A program made the position numbers and the translations under genes. A stretch of DNA of 64,000 nt from the human T2T-CHM13v2.0 reference genome, Homo sapiens. The stretch is from NCBI RefSeq assembly GCF_009914755.1, contig NC_060925.1; one strand, written 5' to 3'. The notes under the pieces were generated by a model. The model was not told the origin of the DNA. It did no database searches and was given only the letters and a program-made list of their open reading frames with translations. Positions 43,731 to 57,180 of this stretch are shown piece after piece. Position 1 is the first letter of the stretch; each line of letters opens with the position of its first letter.

Positions 43731-44234
43731 CAGCCGTGCTGCTGAGGTGGTTGCCGGTAAGTCTGGAGAAGGTGGTTTCTGTGCAGTGCTGTGAGCAGCA
43801 GCCAGAGTGGCACGTGCAAAGAGATGGGCACTGAGGGAGGAAGACACTGCTCTTTATTAAAGACAACAGACAGTAATGCTAGAGATAGAGGCGGCCAGTG
43901 GCTGCGGCAGGAGATGTTTCAAGTGGAGAGAAGCAAGTCAGATGAGAGACAAGGAAAGAATGCAGGGTGAGCTGCATGGGAAGCCAGTGGCACAGGCGCC
44001 TGCCAGTCAAACTGTTACTACCCCTGAGTCCCTCTGTCCTTAACACCCCTTGGCTCCCTGCTCTCTCCACATGACCATTCCCTATTTGGGCCCTCAATGA
44101 TCTCTTTCTCAGGCTCTTGTAATTGGCCTGCATATGACACTCCCTCCCTCTCAGCCTAGCCACAGCCAGGGGATTTCCCTAAATGGCAAATGGGGCATGC
44201 TACTGCCCACGGCTGCCCACCCCACAGCCCGTGA

Positions 44235-44900
44235 CAGCAGTTCTCAATAAGGCAGCTAATTGCAAGCAGGTCTCTGGTTGCCATATTGATTTGGGGAGGG
44301 GTATATATTCAATGGAATAAAGCCATTAAAGATGTAAAATTGTATCTGGGACAACTCCATGCAACAAAACTCTGCCTCGTGTCCTGTGTGACTTTTGAAT
44401 GACATTCATATGGGCAAAAATTATGCCTCTGGGCCTAGAACCTACTTTCGTTTTACTATAATCACAATACTTTTATTTTGCATGGTTTTAAAATATGCCA
44501 GGTCAGTCAAGAGAGGATTTTCCTTTGTTTTGTTCAGAATTGTAGCAAGAGTTACTCAGGACTTCAGAAACCCTGTCAGGATGGCAGTCCTGCTCATGGT
44601 GCCAAGTCTGATACAGTGACTGTCAGTGTGCATTTAGAGACAGCGTTGACTGTGACTGTGCCTCCTAGCATAGCTGTCCTGAGCATTTACGCACTGAAAC
44701 TCATTATTTTACTATGAACTACTTTTTTTAAAAAAAACTTTCTTTATCCCACAACTAGGACAATATAGCAAATTTTAAAGATATGATTAGGAATGTTATA
44801 TTGTATATGAATTTCATTTCTGGGTAAAGGGAACATTATAAATTATTACAAAAATGGAGTATATGATCTGGGTATGAGCTAAAGTCCTAATTTCTGAGTT
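44235..44900. mobile_element. MER20B-like hAT element
   Basis: cagcagttctcaa start; gacattcatatggg...gggcctagaacctactttcgtttta motif. Confidence 0.55.
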
Positions 44901-47900
44901 TAGGATATTCTCATTTATTTAGCAAACTTTCATCTGGTCCTATGTGCTCAGCACTATTCTAAGCACTTTATAAATATTAACTATTTGGTCCTCACCAATC
45001 CTATGAAATAAATATTATTCCCAATTTTATAAAGACACTTGCCCAAGGTCACACAGCTGGCTTAGTGGTAGAGCTGGAATTCAAACCCAGGCCGTCTGGT
45101 CTGTCCTTGCTTTTAGCTATTACATATGCCCACCCTCACCCCATGCTCCCATGTACAAAAGGGACTTCTTGATCCCTGCCAGCTTGCCTGGGGATGAACC
45201 CTCCCCAGACCCCATGCTTTAGTCATCTCAAGATAAGCATGCTGCTCCCACCCTCCGTGACTATATTTATTCACACTCTTCTCTGAGCCTGAAATGCTCC
45301 ACTCCTCCTTCCCAACCTCCCACCCTCACCCCTACCCCATTCCCTCCTCACGCCCCCTGCCCCCGTTCATGCCCTGTGCTGGCTCTGCCTCCACACCTGT
45401 AACGCTTTTCTGCTCTCCTTTGTCCCTAGGCCTGCTGCCTCCCACAGAGCCCGCAAGGCAGGAACGTGACACACCCATCTCAGCAGCCTCACCAGCATGG
45501 CAACCTGGCACTTAGTAGGTGCTCAATGCATGCAGAGAGACAGGGAGGGAGGGGCAAGGGGAAAGCAGCAAGAGTCTGCAGGTGGAAATAGCTAATGAAG
45601 GTTACCCAGATGTGCCCTACCCTGCCTTACCTGTCTGCAGGTAGGGCAGTGACCCTGGCTCCTTGATGCCAATAACAAGTGCCCCGGTGTTACCATGACA
45701 ACAGGCCTGAGGGATCTGGGAGGGGCTGAGCTCTCCTCTTAGGGCTCTTGCACTGACACCCATTCTATCTTGGCACAGACAACAGGCAGAAGCCACCTGG
45801 GATGGAAGAAGGAGAACCCCAGACTCCCCTGAAAGAAGGCAGAGGCCAGTCCTCTGAGGGATGGGGCAGCCATCCCTCAGAATGTGAAAGGAGAGCCAGT
45901 GTTCACATGCTCTGGACTCATGGAAGTCAAAGAAAAGCCCTCTGCTATCCCAATCTGCCGGGTCAGCAATAAGAAATAGAAGAAAACCGATTTGGCAACA
46001 TCCAGAGGGTATTAAATATTCATCCTGACTGCCCATCAGTAAAATCCCAGCAGAATACACCCTCTGACAAGTCGGCTTTCCACCACTAGAGGCTGTCCTC
46101 ATGGAAGCTTGTTTATGGCTTTGTCAATTTTAATGTACAATATTTAATAGCCAAACCAAGATATTGTCATAAACATTTGGAAAATGAGTGCTAACATTTC
46201 CCTTACTGCTTCTGTATTTAAGGATATGTAATTGGAGGGTGTTTTGAGCTAAAGAAAATCAGAAGGAAGCAAGGCAATTATGCTTCACAATTAAAAGAGA
46301 AAAGAACTGATTAAGAGCTAATAATCAAACATGTGAACTGGCTGAAAGTCTTGCCTAAGCACCCCTTGAGGGGTCACACTATGTGATCAATGGGGATCAG
46401 ACTAAGCTAGATCAATGGCAACGTTGACAGTGATGGCATTCCTTGAAGATTCTGTTGGGGATATGCATATGCAACAGGAAGCACACACAGGGAATGGTCA
46501 AATAACAGATCCACAAGTCAACTGTGCCATCCAACCAGAGATTCTGATGAATACTGATATGGGGGCAGGATCAGCAGGTGGCTCCAGCAGGGACGAGTCT
46601 GGGGCACAGACCACAAAGAAGCTTGCTGCGATAAATGATATCACAGCAGTGGAAGGCTGATGGTAAACAGACCAGCATGAGTGAGTCAACAGTCCCTGGG
46701 TTCCTATTTGATTCTGATGGAATAAGAATATTTAACACAATATTCTTTAAAACGGGGGTAGCAGGGGACATTTCTATGGAAGACACCAGAGCAGGGCTAA
46801 GAATCTATGTTTTGAGGGGCAAGGTACGCAGGGAGAGCAAAAGAAGAGAGGACAGCGCTGGTTCGGAGCTCTGGTATCCCCAAGTCTTAGAGCCACCTTG
46901 TGGCAGAAGCTGGAAGAATCAGGAGTTAAAAGAGGCACAAGATAAAACTTCTACACCATCAGCAAACTGTGTCTTGAGGAACCTCTACCAATGTCTTATG
47001 ACCCCAACTTCCAAAAAACAAATTTAAGGATTTGCTAAAGGGGATTAGGAAATCAGGGGTGGTTAACCAGAGAGAGGAAACATTAAATACAAGTATACAG
47101 TACCAAAGAGGATTCCTGAGAAGAAAAACACTTGTCTAGAACATATAATAATAAAATTAGGAACTTGGACTCTGAAGCCAAACTGCCTGTCTGGACTTGA
47201 ATCCTGGCTCTGCCACTTACTATGGCACACTGGGCAATTTATGTAACTTCTGTGTCAGTGTCCTCATCTGTGAAGTTGGGTAAAACGGTCCCCCTCACAG
47301 CACTGCATGGATTAAGAAACGAGGAACCAAAGCATTCACAGTGGTTTACAAGAAATGCTCAGTGAATATTAGCTGCTACTGTTGTTACTACCAGTAACAC
47401 TAGTGCTATAACTCCTCCACATCATCAATCTACAAGGAGAAAATTCTTCTGTAAAGGACACGATTAACTGAATGCTGAAAGAATAATCTCTGATTACATA
47501 GCCTTTAAAAGGTCAAAGTCTCCCTACCGCAATTACTCTTTAACAAGGCACACCTGGATTCAAATCCCAACTTCCCCCATTCACTAGGTGTTTAATTTGA
47601 GGAAGTGAGAATCTCTCAGAGCCTCTGTTACTTCATTTATAAAATGGGAAAGCAATATGTTCCTCCCAGGGTTGCAGTGAAGATTAAGTGAGGTAATATA
47701 CACCAAGTGTCCAACAGTCTCCAGCGCACAGTCAGCTCTCATGTATTTTTCCACTTCTATTTCCCCAAAATGAATGCACCAGCACCAAAGTATATAGGAA
47801 AGAGTAAAAACTCATATGAAGCTCTCTGGAAAATATTAAGTGCTAAATGCATAAATATTTAATAGAGGAGAGACAGTAACACTTAAGGGGATGCACTCTC

Positions 47901-49831
47901 CTGGTGCCTCAGCTGCCCTCTGGGAGTCCTGCACGGCCTCAAGCACCCACCTTTGCTCTTCCTAGCCTCCAAAGGGCCATAAAAGTATATTACTGTGCAC
48001 CTTTAAGTAGAGGCCTCTTAACAGCCCAAGTACAGTGATACTCATAAGTCTCCTCTGCCAACCACTGTTCATTCTCACTTTACAGTGAAAACACAACAGA
48101 AACCAACTCAAGACACCCAAGACACAAAGACGACCTCAGAGCAGATCTGGGGTCTCCCAACCCTCCAGCTACTTTACCCAGGAGGCAATTATGGTATAAA
48201 GGAAAACATTTGCTCTATGGAAGTCAGAGATACCTGGGCTCCAATCTCAGTTCAAATCTCAGTTTTGCCACTTAACCAGCTGGCTTGCCTCCATCAAGAT
48301 TCCCAACCACTTTGAGCCTTGGTTTCCTCATTAGCAAAATAGGGATACAAACACCTACATTATTAGGTTGTTGGATAAATTTAAAAAGAAAACATGAGTA
48401 AAGCACTAAGCAGAAACCTGGCATCCAAGAGGTACTTCATACATATTTTTCCCTGTCTGCCTTTAGTAACACCATAAACTAATCCAAATAATTAGAACCT
48501 TCAATGAACTAATTCTGTATTCTTCCCTTAGGCACTCCAGTCTTAGATTCCAAGTAGTACCAGAAACAGGCAAATACTAGGGATGTATTCAAAAAGGCAA
48601 TGTCAGACAAGGTCTTGAGGTCAGCAACTCCTCTACCTTCTACAGCTGCAGAACCATGTGATGGGCAATGCTGCTCAGAAAACTGACCTTGAGAGCCAGA
48701 GGGGACAAAAAAAAAAGGTGCAATTACAATCCTAATGTCCCACTCAATAATGCAGGCAAGTGGGTACCTCGACATTTTCCACAACAAGGGTTCACATAAA
48801 ATGGGGTCTCTGCTTAACCTTCCATTAACCTGAAAATCCATTTAAGCAAAACAGCCTCTTCCCTGAGCCTCTTGTCAGTCGAAGTTTAGGCTGTCATTGG
48901 CCAAGGGAACAGTCTCGTCATTTATACAACTCACTTGTTCCAAATCTGGTACAGAACAGAACTCTGTTATGGGGTTAGAAGAGGTGAAGGAGAAACCCAA
49001 AGGTTACCATTATTTAACCTCACGTTGCTGAAAACGACACTGTGGCCACCTAAAGCAGTCAGGCAGACTAGGTCAGGCACTAACCATGGCTGTTAGTGGG
49101 CAGAAAAATCCCTTTGGCAAGGCGTTCCAGCCATCTTTGCAAAGTCAAACCCTTGCCCTTGCCTGCACAGGTGTCTGTTCCAGCCGAGGCATGGGCTGGG
49201 CGAGGGAAGGAACACGGGAGCCTACTGCCTGGGCTCCACCCTCCACCAGCTTCTAACCTGGCAGGAGACAAGGACAGATGCAGGAAAACCATAAGAGCTG
49301 CATGTACTTAACTCCTCCCACGTGTCAGCTGAAGAGCCTGATGAAGGCGAGAGTGTTTGCAGAAAGCCCCACTGACTAATGCTCCCCAAATTAATGCATC
49401 CTTATGATCCGCTTTGAGACAGACTCAGCCTCCATAGAGAAAGGAGCTCAAATTCAGGGCCCATACAACTGGACAGGGCCTGGGTGCAGGCAACATTGTG
49501 GGAGAAAGACAACCGGGGTTCAAATCCTGGCTCCACCATTCACTAGGTGGAGCCTAGTGACCTTAAGCTAGTCACTTAAATCTTTCCTGGGGTTGTTGTG
49601 CAATTCTAATAAAGTAACTGACCTTCAGCGCCTCATGCAAAGAAGATGCTCAATAGGTGCCTATTACCCTCCCTCTTTACTCAGAATTTCCTTGTCTATG
49701 AACAGGAGACAATGATATCACTTCCACATAATTGTATGAGGATTATAGGAGATGAGGTTAAGTAAAGAAAAGGGCTTTCTTTAAAACAATTGGCCTGTGC
49801 ATTTCACAAATGTCCATGTCTACAGACACAT

Positions 49832-49836
<5 letters not shown>

Positions 49837-49868
<32 letters not shown>
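49837..49868 (+). repeat. (CA)n microsatellite within an old L1M fragment
   Basis: About 15 AC units. Confidence 0.9.
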
Positions 49869-49875
<7 letters not shown>

Positions 49876-50388
49876 AGGTTAGGGAATTGTTCTAGATTAA
49901 AGGAGTCTAAAGAGACAGGATAACAAATGTGATGTGTGATCCCTGGTTGGATCCTAATCTGAAAGGGAAAAATAAAGGGCATGACTGGGACAACTGGGGA
50001 AATGTAGGTGGTAGGACTACACTAACGTAAAACCCCAAGGGTGTGATGATGGTGCAGTGGGTGGATAGGTTCTTAGGAGTTACATGCTGAAGTACTTAGG
50101 GGGAAGTGTCCCAATGTCCACAGCTTTCCCTCCAATGGCTCAAAAACAACAACAAACATACACACAGAGGAAGAAAACAAATGCCGTCAGACAACAACTG
50201 GCTATCAAGGAAAGGAAATACAAGTGTCCACTGCACGATTCTTAAAACTTCCTATTGATTTGCAATGTGTCTAAATGAAGAGCTGGGAAAGGGGGAAGTG
50301 ACGCTAAGGGCTCCACGCACACCTTTCTTTTTCCCTCACGTCTGCTCAGGCAGCATAGGCACATAGCCCACAGGTCCGCAGCACTCAC

Positions 50389-50793
50389 CTGGCTGCAGCA
50401 CCCTGATCTCCAGCAGGTTGGAGGTCCTCTCCGCCAGTCGCGTCCAGGTGTTGTTGTAGTTCTTCCGCCACAGCTCTGCCACACACTGGTACTTGCCTGC
50501 TTCCGTGTCACTGGCTCGGCTGATGCTTAGGCGGACGTTGTTGCTGGACTCAGCCTTCTCGATGGCAGTTCGGGTTCGGAAGCTGGAGGACCTGTCCCCC
50601 CACTGGACCCCTCCGTCCCGGGTGAAGGTCACCAAGTCATGGAACTCCACCGTGCCCACCGGCTGGAACCGCCATGTCACCGACACGGGGACCCAGGCAG
50701 GGTAGTGGGGTTTGATGATACACTGCAAGTCAAAGGAGTCGCTGTAGGTCACCCCCGGTGTCCGGGAGATGGCTGTGACTGCGAAGCCCATTT
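50389..50793 (-). CDS. IGSF3: IGSF3 Ig-V domain exon (EMGFAVTAISR...IRVLQP)
   Basis: 405 nt, phase 1-1; FDLQC...W...EAGKYQCVAELW. Confidence 0.96.
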
Positions 50794-53700
50794 CTGGAGA
50801 GAAAGCAGAGAGATTCAACCAGAGGAGGCATGTGGCTTTCTCAGGGCAGTATGACATCAGCAATGGGGCAGCTGGCAAAGCAAGCAGTGTGGGACAGAGG
50901 CTCTCGGAGCCCCTTTTGAGCTCTCAGGCTAGTGTTGCTTTTAGTATCCTGCTGAGGCCCAGTCCAAGAGTTTCCAAGACTCCAAAGAAAGGCCCACCAC
51001 AATTCCCCCTGAGCAGCACTAGCCTAACCCTTCCCAGTGAGATCCTCGTGCATTTGCTCCTCCCCTGGAATTAGACATCACAATCCTCTCAGGGACTGAT
51101 TGCATGTAGGCAGGGTTGCTCCTAGAAATCTTGAGATTCCATGAGAGAACAGGAAAAGAAAACCCCAAAGCCAATTTCCTCCATTGCACAGGAGGAAAAC
51201 ACAACCACACAGCCCCAACACCACTTTTCCTGGTCCCTTAGCGCACTGGTGCCGAGAAGGGAAGCAGATGGAGTCGGCCTCCAGTCCCTTTCTCACGTCC
51301 CTCATGAAATCCAAAAACAGAGCAGGTGGGGACCTCCAGTGGGGTGGGACAATTATCCTAAATGCAGGGTTCTGCAGGCTCAGCGGCTGTGGGTCTCTCA
51401 ATATTCCTTATTGAATGGGCAGCACTGCTAAGCCCTAATACTGACTCCTCAATATGAGTACCTCAGAGCTCCTTCAGCCTGGAAATACTGTTTAATATTC
51501 ATACATTGATCACAATCATAAAGCTAACAGTAGCCAGTATTTATTGAGCACTATCTAGGTGCAAGCATGGTGCCAACTGCTTTGCTCTCATCATGCTCCA
51601 CTGAATCCCCAAAACAACCTTGTAGAACAGGCAGGCTTGTCATCTCTTCCTGCAGATGTAGAAACTGATGCAGAGAGAGGTTAGATAAATTGCCCAATAT
51701 CAAGCATTTAGTAAGTCAATGACAGAGTTAGTCTCCAACCACATGTAACTGATTCCAGGGGCCTTTTTAGGTTGCTTTACCCATGGAAAGCATAACACAG
51801 TGGTTAAAGGTCTAGACTCTGGAGCCAGCAGCCAAGACTTTGATACTTCCCAGCTGAGTGACATTAAAGTTACTTAACTTCTCTCTGCCTCTGTTTTCCA
51901 ATCTGTAAAATGAGTCTCTGTGAAGATTAAATAAATCAGTGTTTATAAATATTACAAATAGTACCTGGCACATGAGATATACTATATTTTGTTAAATATT
52001 TTGTTAAAAATAAAATAGAAATTTAAAAAAAGTACTTTAAACTCTGTAATGTGAAAGACTGGCCACAGGATGAATCTTTTGGCTTTCTATGGTGAGGTTA
52101 AGTTGGCAAATAGGTAGGTACAATTTGCTGAAAACTCTGGACCTTTGATTTGGATTTCATAAGCTATCTCTATATACCCTTTAAAAAAGTTTATGACACG
52201 GAGGCCCATCCTTAAACATGAAGCGCCTGTGACAGTCGCTGTGCACCTGTGTGTAGTAGGTGTTGCATGAGGGTGGTGTAGGACAGAACCTCAGGGACAG
52301 GACCCACACCAGGTGCTCCTGGCCTCACACCTGAAGGGGAGAGAGCTTCCCCAAGCAAATGACTTTGTCTAGTCCTGACACGGGCACATGCCATGGTCAC
52401 AGAGCACCCAAGCTGCTCTAACCGAACAGCCATAATGACCCACTGTAATTAGATGGGACCCGCATCTAATTATACTGATATGAAAATTCATGTGTGTCAT
52501 TGTTAACTTTAGACTGAAAAGACAACCTTAATTAGTCTAGAGTGCCCTCCCATTCTTCCTTGTTCAGTCCTTTGGGCCACCTGATTATGGCTCTAGCCAG
52601 AGGTATCTCAGTGGTGGAGATCAGGTGAACAGTGCTGGCCTCCAGATCCCAGGGCAGAGCCCCTCAGTGCCCCTGGCTGTGAGAACCACCAGACATATGG
52701 TGAGTAAGAAAAAACTCAGGGGATAACCTGATAACATAAATTACTTCTAGAGAAACAATCCTCACTAACTCTAATCACTCATTGGACATTCCTAACCTTC
52801 CAGGATGGTTAAAAAAAAAAAAAAACACACCAGTACTGGACATCCAAAAGTTGTCCCCCAAGTTCCATCTCACTGGGTTCACACAGGTGCTGAGTATGGA
52901 TACAGGAACTGAGCTGATCAGGAAACGCAATCACTGGAGGAAGTTTCTAAGACAGAAATCTGAGCTGTATAATTACTGCAAAAAGCAGGTCAATCTTTAG
53001 GATTAAGCTTTAGAAAATAAATGTAATTCTAATCTCAGAGGGGTAAGAAAATGGAGGACTCTGTTAAGGACAAAAACCACTTGGGGCTGCCATCTTTACT
53101 GGAAGTATCCAAAAGCACCACCATCCCAACCTGCAAGGAAGGTGGTGACACAGTCCCAGGGAGTGGGACATAAAGTTGCTGAGGACAACCGATGTCTCCT
53201 GATAAACAGGAAGACCTGATATAACAAGTTTCTTTCCCAGCAAAGTCACAGACTGGTCGTTTAAAATCTAATAGACTGATTATATCCAGGCAGATAAATG
53301 TTGATAGAAGCCTCTTTACCCCATGAGAAGCAAATCTAATCTTCCTTGGTTTTAGCAAATCTCAAGGTATCTTTTCATTCCACGCTAATGAGGGAATAGC
53401 TTTGTTAGGTATGGGCCCCGTCAGGTAGTAGAAACTTCTAGCCTTAGGCAAAGTATTTAATGTGTCTCAGTCTCAGTTTCCTCCATAAAATGAAAGTGTC
53501 TGTCACTTGGCTAGGTGGGGATTCAATGGGACAACTAAGCTTAAGTGTTAAGGATCAGGCAGGAACATAGTAAATGCTAAATAAATGACAACAGATGATT
53601 TTATACCCTTCTCTGCTCTCTTTCAGGAAGGCTGGCCCCTGGGCAGCAGGGCAGGAAAGACATGCCACACAGTGCTCAGCCACTCTGCTCTCTTTAAGGC

Positions 53701-54072
53701 CAGGCTGGCAGTGGCCATGCTCCTCCACCTGGGGCCACCACTATGGCTGGGTGGCTTCACTAACCTGGATAGAGTTCTGATAACATCACTCTCTCCCAGC
53801 CAGACTAGGAGTAGTCACAGCTCCCAGCTATTGCTATCCCTCAGGAGCCCCATCATCCACTGTGGGTCCCTCAGTCCCTGCTAGCACTATCTTAATTAAT
53901 TAAACCCTTATAAGAAATAAAATAGACATAAAGGAAAGTACTTCAAACTCCATAGGTAAAAGACTGGCCATAGTTTCCTGCTAAAACTCTGACTGAGAAA
54001 AGTCAGGATAAGGTGTTTGACACTGAAGCTGTCTCCATGCCAGACCCACTGCCAGTCCCACCGCTCACTCAC

Positions 54073-54474
54073 CAAGAGCTGTGATGGAGATGGGAGTGCT
54101 GGCCCGGCGCTCCCCAACAATCTGCCACTCGCCATCCACTGCCCGCACCCATTCAGTCACATGGCATTCATACTGGCCCTCGTCCTCCTTCCTGCTGTTG
54201 AAGATGCCCAGGCTGAACGAGTTGGGCTGCACCTGCTCCATCTGGACGCCCCCAAAGCTGCTGCGCTCCCAGTAGGACGAGCCTGGCTGCACGGTGCCAT
54301 CCCGGTCTAGCCACATGATATTGCTGCGGCGGTTCTGCCTGTCCACAAGCTGCCAGATGACAGAGAAGCGACCCTGCGGCCTGCCTGCCGTGCGGACACT
54401 GCAGGAGAAGCGCAGGTCCTCGCCCTCAAGGATGACGCTGGCATTGCTGGCCACCTCCACGGAGATGCTGCTCT
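54073..54474 (-). CDS. IGSF3: IGSF3 Ig-V domain exon (SSISVEVASN...ISITAL)
   Basis: 402 nt, phase 1-1; DEGQYECHVTEWV. Confidence 0.96.
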
Positions 54475-56914
54475 CTAGGAAGAGGGAGAGAGAAACACCC
54501 TGGAGGCTTTATGGTCTCCACAGCGCCCTCCCCACAGAGGAAACAGGAGAAGGGGTGCAAATGGAATCATATTCAGGTACGGTGAGCCTCAGAGGGTCAA
54601 AAACACTCTGACCCTAGTTGCTGCAAGCCCTGGCTGGTTCTGGGCTTTGCTCCCTGTGGTTTTAGATTTGATAATCTAGGATGTTCTTTGCCATGTGCAG
54701 AGAACTGTGATAACGAGGTTCTAAGACCTGAGCCTGAATAAGAACCTAAGAAATACAACATAGTGGCATGATGTTTAGGGCATAAAACAATTTATTGGGT
54801 AATCTATTCAGCTGGAGTTCAGGGTTTTTCAAGTTGAATTTTCAGCAAGAAGAGTAACTCCAAAATCCTACTTCACTTCACTCTTCCTACCATTCGGTAC
54901 TACAGCAGTCAAATAAAAGCTGAATATCCATAATGTGCCATTTGAGTCCTTCAGGACAATTTAGGAAATACTGGGAAAAAAACCAACAGTAAGTATTGGG
55001 ACGATAACGTGTGCTTAAGTGTGGGTAATAAGGGAGCACAGATGGTCTAGTTTTGCAGAGTGTGTGAGGAGCGGGCTTTCATTCTTTCATTAACACACAG
55101 GAACAAAACAAAGCCAGCAGCTCGTCATCCACCACTCTCCCGCCTGTCCAGTCAGCCCTGGGGCTCCTTTGCTCTCTTTCTAGAAACATTTGGCCAATCA
55201 AAAGTTTGGGATAAGGATTCCACTCCCTTCCCTGTCTCATCTAGCCTCTGCTGCTCACTTAACTATCTGAATTCACTCAATCAAATTATTTAAACTCGAC
55301 ATGCCTCAGCCTCTTCTTCTGTAAGACAGGTAGAGAGCCACCTTTAACTGTAGAATTCTTTAAATATTAAAAAGTAAATGAGATGATGCATATAGATTCA
55401 CCTAACACATAGTAGGTTTTCAAAAACTGGTCATCATGATCATGATTAATTTTACTATTCCACATAACTCTTTGTTTTTATAAACATCACAGATAGCCTA
55501 ATATGTTTTAATTATACATGTAGTATTTTGTATAATTATCTATATTGAGTTCAGAAGGTCTGTAAGTATTAAAGAACACAAAGTAACTAATTTGGCTCCA
55601 ATTTTTGGGTACCACCCACATTAAATACATGCAATAATTTTAAACCAATTAATTAAATCAAATCCCAGATTTTAAGAGGCACACCCAATTACCAAGAGAA
55701 AACACACACATACACATAACAATGCATTTGAATCAAATCTTTTCTCTCCTTTATTTCCCCAACAAGCAGAAACAAAGACGAGCACTGAGCCTCCACATGT
55801 AGCTCTTATTATAGTGAGGATGCCTGCTATCCATTCTGGATTTGCTTGTTTTATGTGAAAAATAAAAGGTCTGGATGGGGCAGGGAATAGCAATTTTCCT
55901 AGGAGGGCAACCTCCCCCAGGACTCATACCAGGATGATTCATAGAGATGATCAGGCTCCTGAACAGTCACCATCTATAGCACTAATGGTTAAGGGGATGG
56001 ATTTGGAGACTTCCTAACTCTGTAATCCTGTGGTTCTTCCTTAACCTACCAAAGCTCCAATTTCTCATGTGCAAAATGGAGATACTAATAGTGCCTACTT
56101 CTTAGGGCATGACATTGAGAGGATCAGATGAGGTACTTATTTTTCATCATCATTAATAACAACAATATTCCTCTTTAGATTAAAGACTCATCCCCACTGT
56201 TATCAATTCAAAATAAGGGATTAAAAGGGCAACTGCAGCATCAAGGAAGAAAATCCTTTCACTTGTATTAAGCAGAAGAATGACTTGCAGGACCTCACTC
56301 TCATCCCCTACTGTCATCCCAGTGGACGCTTATCCAAGTCCTGGCTCATTTATTGAAAGGGCTACTGTTTGGTGGTGTCTGTTGCTTGAGCAAGCCTGGA
56401 AACCCACATAGTTAGAATGTGGGGCTACAAGAAGAAATGCTATTTTATTATAGCAGCTGAGGCAAAGGCAACTACAGACCTGGTGCCTCACTGCCCACTA
56501 ACACTATTTACAAGAATTTCCAGGCCTGAGAAAAGGCAGCCGACAATTTTAAACTCTCTGGATTAAGTGAAAACTAGGACAGAACTAATAAAAATCTGAG
56601 TACACATTCACAAATGAAATTTCAAATCAGGAAGTTGACGGTGTAGCACAGGCTAAGCGCAGGGCGGTGGGTGTGGAGTTAGAAGCAAATATTTCCTAAT
56701 GCAATGCAAGCTCAACCACTAACTGAACAATCAGCTCTGTCACTTCCTGTGTGGTGCTCTGATTTCTTCATTCATTAGATGGATATCATATTGGCCTCTA
56801 CGAGGATTTGAGAGGTGGGAGCGGAGAAGGAGATGATATATGCAGAAGCACTTTGGTCTCTTAGGAGGAAAAGCGCCATTAAAATCCAAGGCATTGTCAC
56901 CATTACCGATGTGA

Positions 56915-57180
56915 TTGTTGTTGTTCTTCGGCAGACTTACCCAAGTGGCCTTGGGACAGGAGCTGGTGGTGCTGGGGGACTTTAACTACCCAGTTATCTG
57001 CTGGAAAAGCAATATAGCAGGCCACAGATCATCAAACAAGTTCTCAGAAGGGGTTGGGGGAAATCTTAGTACAAAAAATATAGGAAGTAAACAGCGTGGC
57101 TGCCCTTCACTTGATCCTTAGAAAACAATGAGGAATTAGTTGCAGATTTAAAAGTAGAGTCCGTGGTTAAGGCAAGCACA
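56915..57180 (+). mobile_element. CR1/L3 LINE ORF2 endonuclease-domain remnant
   Basis: Plus frame reads LVVLGDFNYPVICWKSNIAGHRSSNKF, then after frameshifts HLILR/NNEELVADLKVE, resembling CR1 GDFNxPxIxW and DLILTNxEELV motifs. Confidence 0.8.
56941..57000 (-). CDS. IGSF3: IGSF3 alternative 60-nt cassette exon, (T)DNWVVKVPQHHQLLSQGHL(E)
   Basis: gcttttccAG acceptor (57001-02), GTAAGT donor (56935-40), phase 1-1, no stop; the peptide matches my recollection of the 20-aa insert in the long isoform. Confidence 0.85.

Noticed and set aside
47150-56140. Numerous MIR fragments in IGSF3 introns
   Set aside because: Ordinary ancient SINE background; boundaries cannot be set reliably by eye
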